Source: Candidatus Micrarchaeota archaeon (GTDB lineage Archaea; Micrarchaeota; Micrarchaeia; Anstonellales; Bilamarchaeaceae). Taken from it: DNA of 64,000 nucleotides. Position 1 is the stretch's first letter, and every line of letters starts with the position of its first letter. The notes under the pieces are model-generated. The model saw only the letters and a program-made list of their open reading frames with translations. It made no database searches and was not told where the DNA came from. The DNA lies in NCBI GenBank assembly GCA_038046765.1, contig JBBSVN010000005.1, forward strand, positions 1-64,000, read 5' to 3'. The position numbers and the translations under genes are program-made. Below are positions 1-10,847 of this stretch, in pieces.

Positions 1-303
1 CCCAAGGGGGAAGGGGACATAAAGAAAAATTCTGCCAAGAGAAAGATACGTGATATACTTATTGAAAAAGGAATTGATTTCAAGTTCAAAAAAGATAAGT
101 TTATACTTAAACAGTTTGAAATAGGTTTCCTAACAAGCAAGTTTTCAAGCTCGAAAAAATCAATCATTATATTTGAAAATCAAAATGAAAAAGACCTGTA
201 CTTCAAAAATCTAGATGGCAAAAATCTAGCTAGAGTAAGGATGAAACAATTTAATGGTATCATTGAAACTACGACTCTGGATCGTTTTGAAGAACTGTTA
301 TAA
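1..303 (+). CDS. 3' end of a hypothetical protein (partial, runs off the window)
   Basis: Frame 1 is open from base 1 to TAA at 301-303 (PKGEGDIKKNSAKRK...DRFEELL*). Confidence 0.6.
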   Translation, partial: PKGEGDIKKNSAKRKIRDILIEKGIDFKFKKDKFILKQFEIGFLTSKFSSSKKSIIIFENQNEKDLYFKNLDGKNLARVRMKQFNGIIETTTLDRFEELL

Positions 304-324
304 TACATTGGATCGGTTGTTTGG

Positions 325-1563
325 ATGCGGTTGAGTTTATCTTTTTATATTTCATTTGTCATATTCCTTTTAAGTTTTAACTTTGCTTTTGCGTATGCTA
401 ACCCTCCACACAATGAAGTTTTTACAAATAATTCTATTAATTTTAATTCAATTAGGGCGGGTTATGGTCAAGTTATATGGAATGAAAATCCTACGGTTGA
501 TTCCCCTGTTATTTATTCTACTGTAAAATTATTTGGAATTTATCCACAAGTTGATGATCATATATTTGAAGATGGTAATACGACTATTTTTTGGGATTAC
601 AAGGTCAAATATGTTGATACTATAACTGGTAAAAATAGCATGAGCGATTATCGATGTTCTGATGGGCAAAGTACGCTTAATTACCTTAATTACACTTTTA
701 GTCCAAGTCTTAATTTGACTTATAATAATCAGACTAGTGTCATTTACCCGGATGGTGTTATATCTCCCCTCGTCATGAATTTACAAGGGGGCGATGGGAA
801 CGAGTCGCTTAATTTAAGTATCAATGGTGAATATCGCTTCTACTATGATCGAACTGATTATTATTTAAGATATGTTTGCTTAGGCTATGATTCTGAGGGT
901 ACATGCACTACTACTGGGTGTTTTGGAATTACCGAACGTCGCACTTACGAAGTACTAAAAAAAGTTAGTGATTCTAGTTCTTACATTGTTGAAAAGCCCC
1001 AGTACATTCAGTTCCTCTCTAAACCAGTGCTTGCAGAACAGTGGTACAAAAATAATCTATTTAATAATATCTTATTTTCCCAAAGAAGGTTCTACAAGGC
1101 GCAAATAAAACTTAATGGTGCAAATATTACTAACCTCAGTTTTTATTCATTTGATATAGCTAAAGATCGCTTTGGCATGCTCTACATTAACTCCTCATAT
1201 AATTATAGTGCACAAAACGGCGAGGGAACTTATTATAATTCAAGCATCATGCCATATTATCTGGAGCGCCAAAACAATAGTTTTGCATATATTTATCTGC
1301 TCAACTCCAGCTACAATGGTCAGGGATCAAATGAGCTTACTCTTAATCTATTTGATACTTTTAGCAATAATTTTTCCTTATCTAACAATATTTTAAGCAG
1401 ACGTGTCGCTTATGGTAATATTACGCAAGAGGGTGGGGAAATTAATCGAGAAAATGTGCGTTCGACTATCGAAGTCAGTAAAGAATCAGTAAATATTTAC
1501 CTTGTTTCCTTGACTGTTTTTGTCTTAATTCTTTTGTTGCAGGTAAGAAAGCTAAATAGGTAA
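325..1563 (+). CDS. Secreted/surface protein with signal peptide and C-terminal membrane anchor
   Basis: Hydrophobic N-terminus ending AYA, Asn/Tyr/Ser-rich with many N-x-S/T sequons, C-terminal TM plus basic tail. Confidence 0.7.
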   Translation: MRLSLSFYISFVIFLLSFNFAFAYANPPHNEVFTNNSINFNSIRAGYGQVIWNENPTVDSPVIYSTVKLFGIYPQVDDHIFEDGNTTIFWDYKVKYVDTITGKNSMSDYRCSDGQSTLNYLNYTFSPSLNLTYNNQTSVIYPDGVISPLVMNLQGGDGNESLNLSINGEYRFYYDRTDYYLRYVCLGYDSEGTCTTTGCFGITERRTYEVLKKVSDSSSYIVEKPQYIQFLSKPVLAEQWYKNNLFNNILFSQRRFYKAQIKLNGANITNLSFYSFDIAKDRFGMLYINSSYNYSAQNGEGTYYNSSIMPYYLERQNNSFAYIYLLNSSYNGQGSNELTLNLFDTFSNNFSLSNNILSRRVAYGNITQEGGEINRENVRSTIEVSKESVNIYLVSLTVFVLILLLQVRKLNR

Positions 1564-1569
1564 TAAAAA

Positions 1570-2352
1570 TTAAATCTCCTCATATAATGCCTCAAACTTT
1601 AGACATAATTGCTTAACAAATTCTTTTTGCGCTTTGTTAAATTCGTCCTTTAACAGTACGACCTTTTCTAGTTTACTCACATTTTTTTCAATTGCTTGTT
1701 TAAACATATCTTCATCAAGGCTTTTAAAAAGATATTTTGGAAGTACGTGCCCAATCGCGAATTGGTCGCTATCAAAAATTAATTTATTAAATTTTTGGGG
1801 GTAATGACCTCCGCCAATAGCAAAAATTGTTTTATAATTCTCCTGCCTCTGCACTGCGTTTAATACTGCTTTAGCAACTACTTTCGCAGCTTTTTGATCA
1901 GTCCATTGTTTTTGATGCGTTCCTAATTCGGCATATATTATTGGTACTTTACACGTTGGGCCGTGGTGGTCAACTTCCATAGTGACATTATAATTTAATT
2001 TTGCAAGAGATACCTGTTCTTTCATTGAAACTAATATGTTCTTTAACAAGCTCGCGTGTGCGATGTTCAATGTACTATCAGACCCTCCGAATTTTGCGTC
2101 AGTCCAATTTCCAGGAAAATGCGCAGTTATTTCATTTCGTTCTTCTTTAGACTTGTGCGAACTAAGTACGATTATACAATCCGTATCAAAATCCGTACGC
2201 ACTTCTAAAATCGAATCGCAGTCGCAATCGATAAGTCTTAATCCATCTTTTTGCCATTCCTTTTCTCCTGTTTTCATAAATCCTAGATCTATCATATTTT
2301 TTGCAATGTTGTTACTTGCCTCAACACGCGAACTAAAAACTATTATTACCAT
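1570..2352 (-). CDS. dtdA: Archaeal D-aminoacyl-tRNA deacylase (DTD2/GEK1 family)
   Basis: Motifs SSHKS, TAHFPGNW, EVDHHGP, ELG, GGGHY. Confidence 0.9.
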   Translation of the reverse strand: MVIIVFSSRVEASNNIAKNMIDLGFMKTGEKEWQKDGLRLIDCDCDSILEVRTDFDTDCIIVLSSHKSKEERNEITAHFPGNWTDAKFGGSDSTLNIAHASLLKNILVSMKEQVSLAKLNYNVTMEVDHHGPTCKVPIIYAELGTHQKQWTDQKAAKVVAKAVLNAVQRQENYKTIFAIGGGHYPQKFNKLIFDSDQFAIGHVLPKYLFKSLDEDMFKQAIEKNVSKLEKVVLLKDEFNKAQKEFVKQLCLKFEALYEEI

Positions 2353-2366
2353 AATAAGACCTATGT

Positions 2367-2963
2367 TTACAAAATCGAAAGCATTACTGTAGTTATAAGT
2401 GGTATTGCCAAGTTATCCTCTACACCTATTGCATAAGCTTCAGTTAGTGCTGCAACAGCTGCAATTATGAATATTTTATCTCCAATTAAAACATAAAGGG
2501 GCAGGCAGGATACGAAAAATGCAAGAGTACCTTCAATTGATTTTTTATCATTAAAAGGAAGTTTATGCGTGCCCCTGATCCCAATAAGTGTTGAAAAACC
2601 GTCTCCAACTGCAAGTATGAATATTCCTGCAACTATCTTTCGTGGGTCATTTAGAAAAATTGCAATAAATAAAGCTCCTAATGCATAGAAACTGGGACCC
2701 CACCATGCAAATGGTGCATTCTTTCTCTCGAATTTTTCCTCTAAATAATCCACAATGAATATACTTTCTCTAAATATTCGAAGGTTTATTATCATTGATA
2801 AGGATATAAGTAGTCCAAAGAGTAGCGATACTAAAATTCCTCTTCCAAAGCTAATTAGTATCGCTATTAGTATTAGTCCTGAAATTATATGTATAAGTTG
2901 CCTTCCAACTTCGCCTAAGGCACGTGATGAATCTGGTGTGTCGATCTCAGTCTTTTCTGTCAT
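2367..2963 (-). CDS. Dolichol/phytol kinase-like (SEC59/DGK1) membrane protein
   Basis: RQLIH, GDGFSTLIG, KKSIEG, EDNL motifs; multiple TMs. Confidence 0.8.
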   Translation of the reverse strand: MTEKTEIDTPDSSRALGEVGRQLIHIISGLILIAILISFGRGILVSLLFGLLISLSMIINLRIFRESIFIVDYLEEKFERKNAPFAWWGPSFYALGALFIAIFLNDPRKIVAGIFILAVGDGFSTLIGIRGTHKLPFNDKKSIEGTLAFFVSCLPLYVLIGDKIFIIAAVAALTEAYAIGVEDNLAIPLITTVMLSIL

Positions 2964-3426
2964 TTTTAATCACTAAATTAACTAAATAATATACTATTGC
3001 TGCAATAACTAATCCTCCAATAACATCATAAAATGTGTGTACGGCTAAATAGACTCGGGTAAACGATACAAATAACGCAAATAAAAGATAAAATATGTAT
3101 GCTCGCTTATTTATAAAAGAAAGCGCAAGTATGAAAACAACTGTTGCATGGCTGCTTGGAAATGAATAATCTTTGGGACAAGAAAGAATAAACTGTTTTA
3201 AACAGGGGCGAGGTACTTCGTATGCAAATTTTATTGATTCAGCAATAATTAATCCAGCAATTATTGTTAAAATTATCTTAAGTCGTTTGTCGTTTCTTTT
3301 TTCCCCTAAAAAGACTATTGCAAGGATTAACAAACCAAAAAAAATTTCATTGTTAATGAATATCGCTATGGTATCAAGTATAGGTAAATTCATTCTCACT
3401 ATTGTTTCTGTAATTAAGTCGAACAT
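2947..3426 (-). CDS. PAP2-family (undecaprenyl/dolichyl-diphosphate) phosphatase
   Basis: KxxxxxxRP, SFPSSH, RVYLAVHTFYDV motifs. Confidence 0.9.
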   Translation of the reverse strand: MFDLITETIVRMNLPILDTIAIFINNEIFFGLLILAIVFLGEKRNDKRLKIILTIIAGLIIAESIKFAYEVPRPCLKQFILSCPKDYSFPSSHATVVFILALSFINKRAYIFYLLFALFVSFTRVYLAVHTFYDVIGGLVIAAIVYYLVNLVIKNDRKD

Positions 3427-3454
3427 AGTCTCATCAAGTTTGGCATTAAATTAC

Positions 3455-5053
3455 TTAAAATATACTGATATTATATACAATCAAAGAAATTAAAAACATG
3501 ATAAAAAAGTACACTATGCTTTGGCTGTTCTTTGATTCTGAATCTGCAATATAAATGCTGGATAATAAGGCATATATTGCGAGGTACGGGGCGATTATTG
3601 AGTCAAAGAATGCAAACGAAATGTTTGACTTAGAAAGTATTAGAACTCCCTTTAGCATATTAAGGGATAATTTTATTATGACTGGTATTAAGAATGCACC
3701 AAAAATAAGTGTATACTTCTGCATTGATAATATGTTCTGTCTGTCTCTATTTATCTGTGTGAATTCCATTGCATCCTGCCCTAACTTTGCAAAATAAGCA
3801 AAGGAATTTACACTTATTATCTGCTTTGCTATTTCAAAATAATGTGTTACTATTGTTGAGTCTATTCTGTGGCAAAAATCCCTGATGACTGTTTCATCCT
3901 TTACGTTTGAATTAATTTGTTTTATTGATATTTGGGCTTCTAACGAAAGTGGAGCACAATCTACTGATTTTAATGCAAAGAATATATCTCTTGTTGTTGC
4001 ACTTGGTGAGAGGCTTGAGAGTGCAAAAAGTGCATCAGGGAGGTGAATTTCAGTATCTTCCTTATTCTTTTCTTTTTTGTATCCGGGATAAACGGCTGCA
4101 AAAAATATCAAACTAGAAATAAAAATTGCCGGGTAAATAAACTCTTTTGGTGCATAAGTTACTGCTAAGACATAAAACGCTGCAACCATAATTGTTAATA
4201 ATAAATATTTTTTGTCTGTCTTTTTTGAAAATACTGATTGTGGCGAACTTGCCTTGGATAAAATAAGTATTGCCGATGCAATCGTTGGGAAAATAAGGAG
4301 CATAACTATTGCCAGTGCCGTGTTATCAAGTGTCATTGTTCCGAAAATTGAACTTGTAAAGCTGTATATTAGGAAAAATGTTGGAAATACACATGTTACT
4401 ATAACAAAAACTAGTCCAAATATTGCAGATTTATTCGCATATTCTTTTACCTTGTGCTGCTGGACAAATAGCATGTCTGCAGAAATTCTTTCTAATTCTA
4501 TACCCGTACTGCCAAATTCATAGGCTATAATTATCTGTGAAATTGCCCTTTTGACATATGGTGAGTTGAATCTTGAACTAAAGTTAAGTAGCGCCTTTTT
4601 TAGCGAAACTCCCTGCTCTGCTTCTTTTAGTACAATCCGGATCTGTCTTGAAAATTCCCCCTCTTCTGTTCCTATCTCTTTTAGTGCATTATAAAATGGC
4701 ATTTTAATCTGTAAAAAAAGTGCAAATGTCCTAATTGAAAGTGGAAGTTCGTTTTCAAGTTTAGTTGTTATTTTTTTTATTTGTAAATTTGGTATGTTCA
4801 AAAATAACCCTGCCATCATGCAAAAAAACAAAATCAGGTAAATTAAAGTTTCAAATCCTAAATTGTTTTCTTCTCCAGAAAATATCATAATTGCTCCTAT
4901 CAAAATTGTGAAAAATAGAGAAGAAAAAACGCAAAAGCCGATGTACCTTTTTTCATCAAGATCAGGGTAAAAAAGTTTCGGCCGCTTGAGTGCTGATGAA
5001 TTAAATGGGATTTGCGGAAATTGTGCGGACAATTTTATTATTTTTTCAAACAT
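3455..5053 (-). CDS. Type II/IV secretion system F-domain (TadB/TadC-like) membrane platform protein
   Basis: Two T2SSF-like repeats (ENELP...; EIHLPDAL...), multiple TMs, coupled to the ATPase; probable start MFEK at 5053. Confidence 0.8.
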   Translation of the reverse strand: MFEKIIKLSAQFPQIPFNSSALKRPKLFYPDLDEKRYIGFCVFSSLFFTILIGAIMIFSGEENNLGFETLIYLILFFCMMAGLFLNIPNLQIKKITTKLENELPLSIRTFALFLQIKMPFYNALKEIGTEEGEFSRQIRIVLKEAEQGVSLKKALLNFSSRFNSPYVKRAISQIIIAYEFGSTGIELERISADMLFVQQHKVKEYANKSAIFGLVFVIVTCVFPTFFLIYSFTSSIFGTMTLDNTALAIVMLLIFPTIASAILILSKASSPQSVFSKKTDKKYLLLTIMVAAFYVLAVTYAPKEFIYPAIFISSLIFFAAVYPGYKKEKNKEDTEIHLPDALFALSSLSPSATTRDIFFALKSVDCAPLSLEAQISIKQINSNVKDETVIRDFCHRIDSTIVTHYFEIAKQIISVNSFAYFAKLGQDAMEFTQINRDRQNILSMQKYTLIFGAFLIPVIIKLSLNMLKGVLILSKSNISFAFFDSIIAPYLAIYALLSSIYIADSESKNSQSIVYFFIMFLISLIVYNISIF

Positions 5054-6380
5054 CTTGATTACCGTATAATTGTTTCTGAACATTTTTAAAGAATAAATCA
5101 AACTGATAAGGTGATTTTTTTATGAGTGTTTTCCTAAATTCAATTTCATCTTCAAGTTCCTTCTGGTTTAATCCAAGTTTTTCTGATAATGCTTCAAATA
5201 ACCTTACTGGCTTTTTATAAATATATTTTTCACCATTAAATAGCAGGAAACTCCCATCTAAATCAGATATTTCAACAACTCTTCTTACCTCCATATTCCT
5301 TCTTGCCTTCTTGTCGTATATTAACATTCTTCTTTGAACTACAATCGTATCAATGCTTCTTAAATCAAGTTCATCTATTCCGAAGTTCCTTATTCTTGAA
5401 ATCGTTTCCCTTACACTTTTACCATGCATTGTTCCATAACTTCCTCTTGCTTGTCCAGCTAAAAGAACTTCAAATAGTGCTTCGCATTCCTCTTTATTTC
5501 TTATCTCTCCAACGATCATTCTGTCAGGTCTCATTCTTAAGCTGTCATAAACTAAATCTCTTAGTTGTACTCCCATTTCCTTATTTGAAATCAAGTTTAC
5601 TTTATGCTTATGGGGTATGTTTATTTCGGGAGTTTCCTCTGTTATAATTATTCTTTCTGTAGACGGGACAAAACTAAATAATGCGTTTAATGTGGTTGTT
5701 TTTCCACTCGCTGTATTTCCTGCAATTATGAGCGAACTATCGCTGTGCATTACGCAGGATAATATTGCAAGTGCATCAATAGGAATTGTTTGTTTATCTA
5801 GTAAATCTTTTGGTGAAAATGGTTCGTCCCTGAATTTCCTTATTGTTATTTCCCCTCTGCTTAAGGGCGGAAGGGAAGCGTGCATTCTTGCGCCGTTTGC
5901 AAGCATCGCATCAAGACGGGGATTTTGTAGCGTTATTCTTCTGCCACTATTTTTAGCAAGTTTGTTTATCGTCTCTAACAATTGCTTGTGGGTTGTAAAA
6001 TTAGCGTTTACTTTTTGCCATCCTTTGTTTCTTAAAAAAACGTATACTGGTGAATTTATTCCTATTACGCTTATTTCTTCTATTTCCCTATCTTTTAATA
6101 GGTCATCTAAAATACCAAATCCATAAATGTGGCAATAAGCAATCTTTGGTAAGTACTCCATCTGGTTTAGGTCTAAATCAATACCTTTCTTATATGTAAA
6201 ATCTAATACCAAGGAGCGTATCATTGCAGCACCTTCTTCTGGGTTTGAGACGTCCTTTTCCCTTGTGGTCTCCTTAAATTTATCTTCGATTTCAAGAATT
6301 AGTTTTTCTTCATCTTCGCTAAGCTGGGGTAAGTGTATCTTGTAATCATGGTGTTCCTTAAGTACTTTCCAACCTAACAT
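5046..6380 (-). CDS. Type IV pilus/secretion ATPase (CpaF/VirB11 family)
   Basis: Walker A GNTASGKTT, LRMRPDRMIVGEIR, GTMH. Confidence 0.92.
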   Translation of the reverse strand: MLGWKVLKEHHDYKIHLPQLSEDEEKLILEIEDKFKETTREKDVSNPEEGAAMIRSLVLDFTYKKGIDLDLNQMEYLPKIAYCHIYGFGILDDLLKDREIEEISVIGINSPVYVFLRNKGWQKVNANFTTHKQLLETINKLAKNSGRRITLQNPRLDAMLANGARMHASLPPLSRGEITIRKFRDEPFSPKDLLDKQTIPIDALAILSCVMHSDSSLIIAGNTASGKTTTLNALFSFVPSTERIIITEETPEINIPHKHKVNLISNKEMGVQLRDLVYDSLRMRPDRMIVGEIRNKEECEALFEVLLAGQARGSYGTMHGKSVRETISRIRNFGIDELDLRSIDTIVVQRRMLIYDKKARRNMEVRRVVEISDLDGSFLLFNGEKYIYKKPVRLFEALSEKLGLNQKELEDEIEFRKTLIKKSPYQFDLFFKNVQKQLYGNQDV

Positions 6381-6401
6381 AAGTTCCTCGATTGCACAAT
6401 A

Positions 6402-8240
6402 TTAATTATTAACATTTACCTTATATAATACGCCAAAAAGTTGTCCGTTCTCGTTGTATCCCCAAACTGGAGTTAGAAGCTTATCTATGTCATTTTTCCA
6501 TACTCCCTTGCCATCTGTTGCATAGTTCTGTGGGCTTACTAAAAGCAAATCATATGTTTTTACTCCCACATCGCGCACTGCCGGGTCAACAAAACCGTTT
6601 AATCTTACATATTTTATTCCATTTTGAACTAACTGTTGTTCATTTGATTTAGAATAGAAAACTAGTAATGGGTCGGAATATCCAATTATATCGCCGTTTT
6701 TCGGGTCGTTTATAAATTCCTGCCTCGCCCAAAGCTGGTCGATGTACAAATATCCAATATTATATTTTTTAACCAAGTCTAATTTTTTTTGATAGTTATT
6801 CCCATAAAATATTATAGCAGCATCTACTTGTCTTTGGTCAAAATCTTGTGTAAATACGTCGTTTTGTGCCCTTCTTGAAATAACTAGTTTTCTTCCGCTA
6901 AGTGCATTTATCATATAACTTAGTTCATTGTTGCTTAAAATCACATCATTATAATTTGTATTTGAAAGTAAATACTTCTGAAGGTCAATATAACCTGCAT
7001 ATATGGGGTTTTTTGCATCAGAAAATGACTGTCTTGCTGTCCATGTTGGATAATATGAATAAGTGAAATACGCTAATGATAAAATTATTGCCAAATAAAT
7101 TATGGCAGTGTTATTTTTATTTGTAGAAAATCTTTTTATTACATAGTCTAACCCAAAAATTGCAATAAAGAAACTTAGGGGATATATGTATAAATCAAAC
7201 AAATAACCTGATGCAAAGTGCATCTCTAAAAGTGGCATTGTGATATAAGACGCTAGCGCCAAGAAGAATATAAATCCAAAAAACATTAGGAAGAAAAATT
7301 CATCTTTTGTGCGGTCTTTAAGTCCTTCCTTTAATATGTAATAAAAACCTATAGCAAAGAGGATACTTCTTACAAAATAAAAAACATTTGACGTGTTAAA
7401 AACTAGGTCGATTATATCTGATAAGCCAATATATATCTGGTTAGGTAAAAAACTCCATATCTGGCTCTTAAATGTTGAATTATTTAATTTATATATAAAA
7501 ATAGGCTTAAACCAATAAATTTGTGCAATTATTAAACCAATTACGATGGCACATATCAAAAATTTCTTGGTTAGTGCGTACTCCTTTGTCAGTGCAAAGC
7601 TTCCTTTTTTATAATCATCATAAACAAAGTTCGCTATTAATAATACGCTAAATCCGCTTGCAATTACAAATGCAGTTGAGTGTGTTAGTGCCATTAGGGC
7701 GTATGCTAACGCGTAAATTATCATCGTCTTCTTATTTTGCTCCTTAAAAATCGAAAATGCAGCGTATATAAATATGGGCACTACTATAAATTTTGTAAAT
7801 TCAGTGTACTTTAATATTGGGAAGTTAAAAATCGTTAAAAAAATGCTTGCACCAATTAATGCGTATTTTGAATCGTTAAACACTTTTTTGAATGTGAAAA
7901 ATAGAATGATTAGTGATAATGCAGGTAGTACGTAATTAAATTTAATCATTGCTTGCATTGGGTCTAAGCTAAATAACTTGCCAAATATCGTTGTCAGAGC
8001 ACCATAAATTATAAAATATGCTGGGTTCTGTCCTATTCCATTACTGGTTGTTACCCATTCTTGTACTGGGGCGTTATACATATAATATATCTGGCCAAGC
8101 TGATAATAATAATCGCCTCCAAAAATAGGTGATGGTAACTGTTTAAAAGTTGAAGTAATATTTGAAATTAGTATCGTATAAATTATCGCGAGTGCAATCA
8201 AAACAAAGAAATACTTATCTAAATACTTTTTTATGTCCAT
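6402..8240 (-). CDS. Multi-pass membrane protein, GT-C-like glycosyltransferase
   Basis: GGDYYY after the first TM, about 12 TMs, soluble C-terminal domain; divergent from a GT2 gene. Confidence 0.55.
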   Translation of the reverse strand: MDIKKYLDKYFFVLIALAIIYTILISNITSTFKQLPSPIFGGDYYYQLGQIYYMYNAPVQEWVTTSNGIGQNPAYFIIYGALTTIFGKLFSLDPMQAMIKFNYVLPALSLIILFFTFKKVFNDSKYALIGASIFLTIFNFPILKYTEFTKFIVVPIFIYAAFSIFKEQNKKTMIIYALAYALMALTHSTAFVIASGFSVLLIANFVYDDYKKGSFALTKEYALTKKFLICAIVIGLIIAQIYWFKPIFIYKLNNSTFKSQIWSFLPNQIYIGLSDIIDLVFNTSNVFYFVRSILFAIGFYYILKEGLKDRTKDEFFFLMFFGFIFFLALASYITMPLLEMHFASGYLFDLYIYPLSFFIAIFGLDYVIKRFSTNKNNTAIIYLAIILSLAYFTYSYYPTWTARQSFSDAKNPIYAGYIDLQKYLLSNTNYNDVILSNNELSYMINALSGRKLVISRRAQNDVFTQDFDQRQVDAAIIFYGNNYQKKLDLVKKYNIGYLYIDQLWARQEFINDPKNGDIIGYSDPLLVFYSKSNEQQLVQNGIKYVRLNGFVDPAVRDVGVKTYDLLLVSPQNYATDGKGVWKNDIDKLLTPVWGYNENGQLFGVLYKVNVNN

Positions 8241-8294
8241 AGTACTAAAAGTAAATAGGAAGGTAATTAAAATAAACCTCCTCTAGTATAATGT

Positions 8295-8987
8295 GTGGTT
8301 TCTATGCCAAACAAAAGTGTTGCGATATTATTACCTACTTATAACGAAGAACAGAGTATCGGTAAAAGTATCGATCAAATTCGCGAATTATCTAAAAGTC
8401 AGGCTCAAACATGGAGAATTGTCCTGGTTGATAGTTGCTCTACTGATAAAACTGTTTCTATAGCTAAAGAGAAAATGATTGATCAGATAATCGAACTACC
8501 TATCCGCGGTAAAGGGATTGCTTTAAGAAAAGCGTTTGAAGACTTAAATGATGATTATGTTTTTCAGATTGACTGCGATATGACTTACCCAATTGAAGCG
8601 ATACCCTCTATGGTCGAAAAACTCGATAGTGGGAGTTGCGATCTTGTTATTGGATCTCGTTTTCGAGGAAAAATGGAAACTGGTGCGATGAAAAGCGTTA
8701 ACAAAATTGGTAATACCATGCTTAATATAATTGCATCCACTCTTTATCTGCATCCAATTAGCGATGTCTGTTCTGGTTTATGGGGCTTTAATAAAAAAGC
8801 CTATAAAAGCATTAATGTTACTGCCATTCATTTTGAAGTTGAGTGTGACATGTTCGCTGAAGCAGTTAAGCGCGGATTGAAGATTTGCGAGATTCCGATT
8901 GATTATCGTAAGCGAGAAGGTCAGACTAAGTTAAGTATAAAATACGGGTTTATCGATAGTTGGCATTTACTTAAGAAAAGATTTTAG
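8295..8987 (+). CDS. Glycosyltransferase family 2 (dolichol-phosphate glycosyltransferase-like)
   Basis: PTYNEE, VDSCSTD, GKG, IDCD, GSRF motifs. Confidence 0.9.
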   Translation: MVSMPNKSVAILLPTYNEEQSIGKSIDQIRELSKSQAQTWRIVLVDSCSTDKTVSIAKEKMIDQIIELPIRGKGIALRKAFEDLNDDYVFQIDCDMTYPIEAIPSMVEKLDSGSCDLVIGSRFRGKMETGAMKSVNKIGNTMLNIIASTLYLHPISDVCSGLWGFNKKAYKSINVTAIHFEVECDMFAEAVKRGLKICEIPIDYRKREGQTKLSIKYGFIDSWHLLKKRF

Positions 8988-9677
8988 TTGGTCATCAGTA
9001 GCCAGTTCGCCTATTTTTAGAATGTCTTCTGCGGTTAAGGATTCTACAATAAATCTGTTTTTCATGTAAAACTCGATATTAGATGGACCTAAACCATTTC
9101 TGTCTAGAAGTGAACTCGCAGGTTTTGTTAATATTTCTGCTTGTTCTGGTGTTATCTTTGTTCTTAGGAATATTGAGGTCGCTAGCATTCGACCTAAATA
9201 ATAGCTATCTAATGAATGATCTTTTTCAACTCTTAAATCAGTATCTACAAGTATTGTGCCGACCATGTAAGTATGATATAATCCTTGGACTAAAGCTAGA
9301 TTGGCTCGTGTAAAATTGGCTCCATCCATCATACTCCCTCTAATATTTGCGAGTCTTAAGTCAGCATCTTCGAAATCAGTAAAATGTAATTTTGTTCCAC
9401 CCAAATTACTTAATCTCAATTTGGTTCTTCTTAGGCTCGCACCGCTAAGATTCGAACAACTAAAATTAAATCCTCGTAAGTCTAAATTATCTAAATTTAT
9501 TCCAGTCAAATCCAATTTACTTAGACCAGTACTCCCCTCTAAATTATATGGGTCTTGTTCTAACAATTGCCTAACGCGATCAATAGCTTCTGGGTTAGGT
9601 TTAACTCTTTCTAATACTTGTCTTAATGTTAGAACATGTCTATATTCCAGGACTACTTTTGCGTTTTGGGGGGTCAT
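8967..9677 (-). CDS. Pentapeptide-repeat protein
   Basis: Tandem A(D/N)Lxx-type repeats (LDLTG INLDN LDLRG FNFSC SNLSG ASLRR ... ADLRL ANIRG). Confidence 0.85.
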   Translation of the reverse strand: MTPQNAKVVLEYRHVLTLRQVLERVKPNPEAIDRVRQLLEQDPYNLEGSTGLSKLDLTGINLDNLDLRGFNFSCSNLSGASLRRTKLRLSNLGGTKLHFTDFEDADLRLANIRGSMMDGANFTRANLALVQGLYHTYMVGTILVDTDLRVEKDHSLDSYYLGRMLATSIFLRTKITPEQAEILTKPASSLLDRNGLGPSNIEFYMKNRFIVESLTAEDILKIGELATDDQLKSFLK

Positions 9678-9860
9678 ATTATCATTATTACTTATGCATA
9701 CAAATATTTAAAAAACCATGTTTTACCACTAATATAATAAGTAGTAAAGTTTATTTATATTACAGTTGTATATGTTACTAGCAATTAGCTTGTGGCTAGT
9801 AGCAAGTCGCACATAATATTTAGAAAAATTATCTAATAAGTATATAAAAGAGGGATACAT

Positions 9861-10256
9861 ATGATAACCGGAGGAAGAATTGATGAAGTAGAAGGTAAAA
9901 AAATTGGTGAAACTAATACTATCACAAATCTAAATATCGACATTGCCTTAAACGAGGTAAAAATAAACGGAGTAAGTGTTGAAATTGGTTATACATATAC
10001 TGCACTTTATGGCAAGGACAAGAATTCGACACACTTGATCATAAAAGGTTCAATAACTGCTGAAGAAGACAAAAAGCTTGTAAAAGAAATTGAAGATGAA
10101 TGGAAAAAAGCAAAAAAACTTCCAGAAGCTTATGCAGAAATAGTTATTAACGCAATAAATTACACTGGAATTGCGAATGGAACGCTCTTAGCAAGATTGC
10201 TAAATGTTGCACCACCTTTGATTCCACCAAGGATTCAATTAAAACAAACTAAATAA
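9861..10256 (+). CDS. Conserved archaeal hypothetical protein (possibly arcadin-1/SecB-like fold)
   Basis: Good ORF with SD-like GAGGG; beta-rich N-half plus C-terminal helix and PPLIPP. Family call is tentative. Confidence 0.5.
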   Translation: MITGGRIDEVEGKKIGETNTITNLNIDIALNEVKINGVSVEIGYTYTALYGKDKNSTHLIIKGSITAEEDKKLVKEIEDEWKKAKKLPEAYAEIVINAINYTGIANGTLLARLLNVAPPLIPPRIQLKQTK

Positions 10257-10321
10257 TTTTTATTTTATTTTCTCTATATTTGTTTCTTGTTTTTTATTTA
10301 ATAAATTCTATTCCTTTATCT

Positions 10322-10753
10322 TTAATTTATCTTCTGCATGTTTGTAAATTGAATTTTTCCTCTATTTCTTAATATAACTCTAAGCTCTTCTCGTGTTGGA
10401 AGTTTTGTGATAAAACTAAAATATTTATCTTTTAATGTTTCTTTGTCTTTTACCACGAATTTACCTACACTATCTTTTCCTTTTATCCTTAATGTAACCT
10501 CATTTACTCTCTCATTAAAATCCTTTACTCTATTTGTAAAATTAACTAAATATTTTTCAAGTTTTCCAATTTCAATTTCCTTTTCTCTAGCCGAATTCAT
10601 ATACATAAGTTTTCTAGTTCTATCTGTTAAATGGGCTAATTCATTTTCCAGATTTAATGGAAGCATTTTTTCATTAAGATATGTTAGCCTTTCAAGTAGT
10701 AATGTAAATCTTATTTGTGGGTCTAGTATTCTTATTTCACTTGAATCTGCCAT
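10322..10753 (-). CDS. Hypothetical protein
   Basis: 143-aa ORF preceded by GGTGA SD-like sequence. Confidence 0.55.
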   Translation of the reverse strand: MADSSEIRILDPQIRFTLLLERLTYLNEKMLPLNLENELAHLTDRTRKLMYMNSAREKEIEIGKLEKYLVNFTNRVKDFNERVNEVTLRIKGKDSVGKFVVKDKETLKDKYFSFITKLPTREELRVILRNRGKIQFTNMQKIN

Positions 10754-10847
10754 TATGTTTCACCAATCATTCTAGGAGTTAAATTCTTGTGTTATTATAT
10801 ATGTATAAAAGAGTTTATAAACCTTAACTTAAGTTCAAATTTCAAAC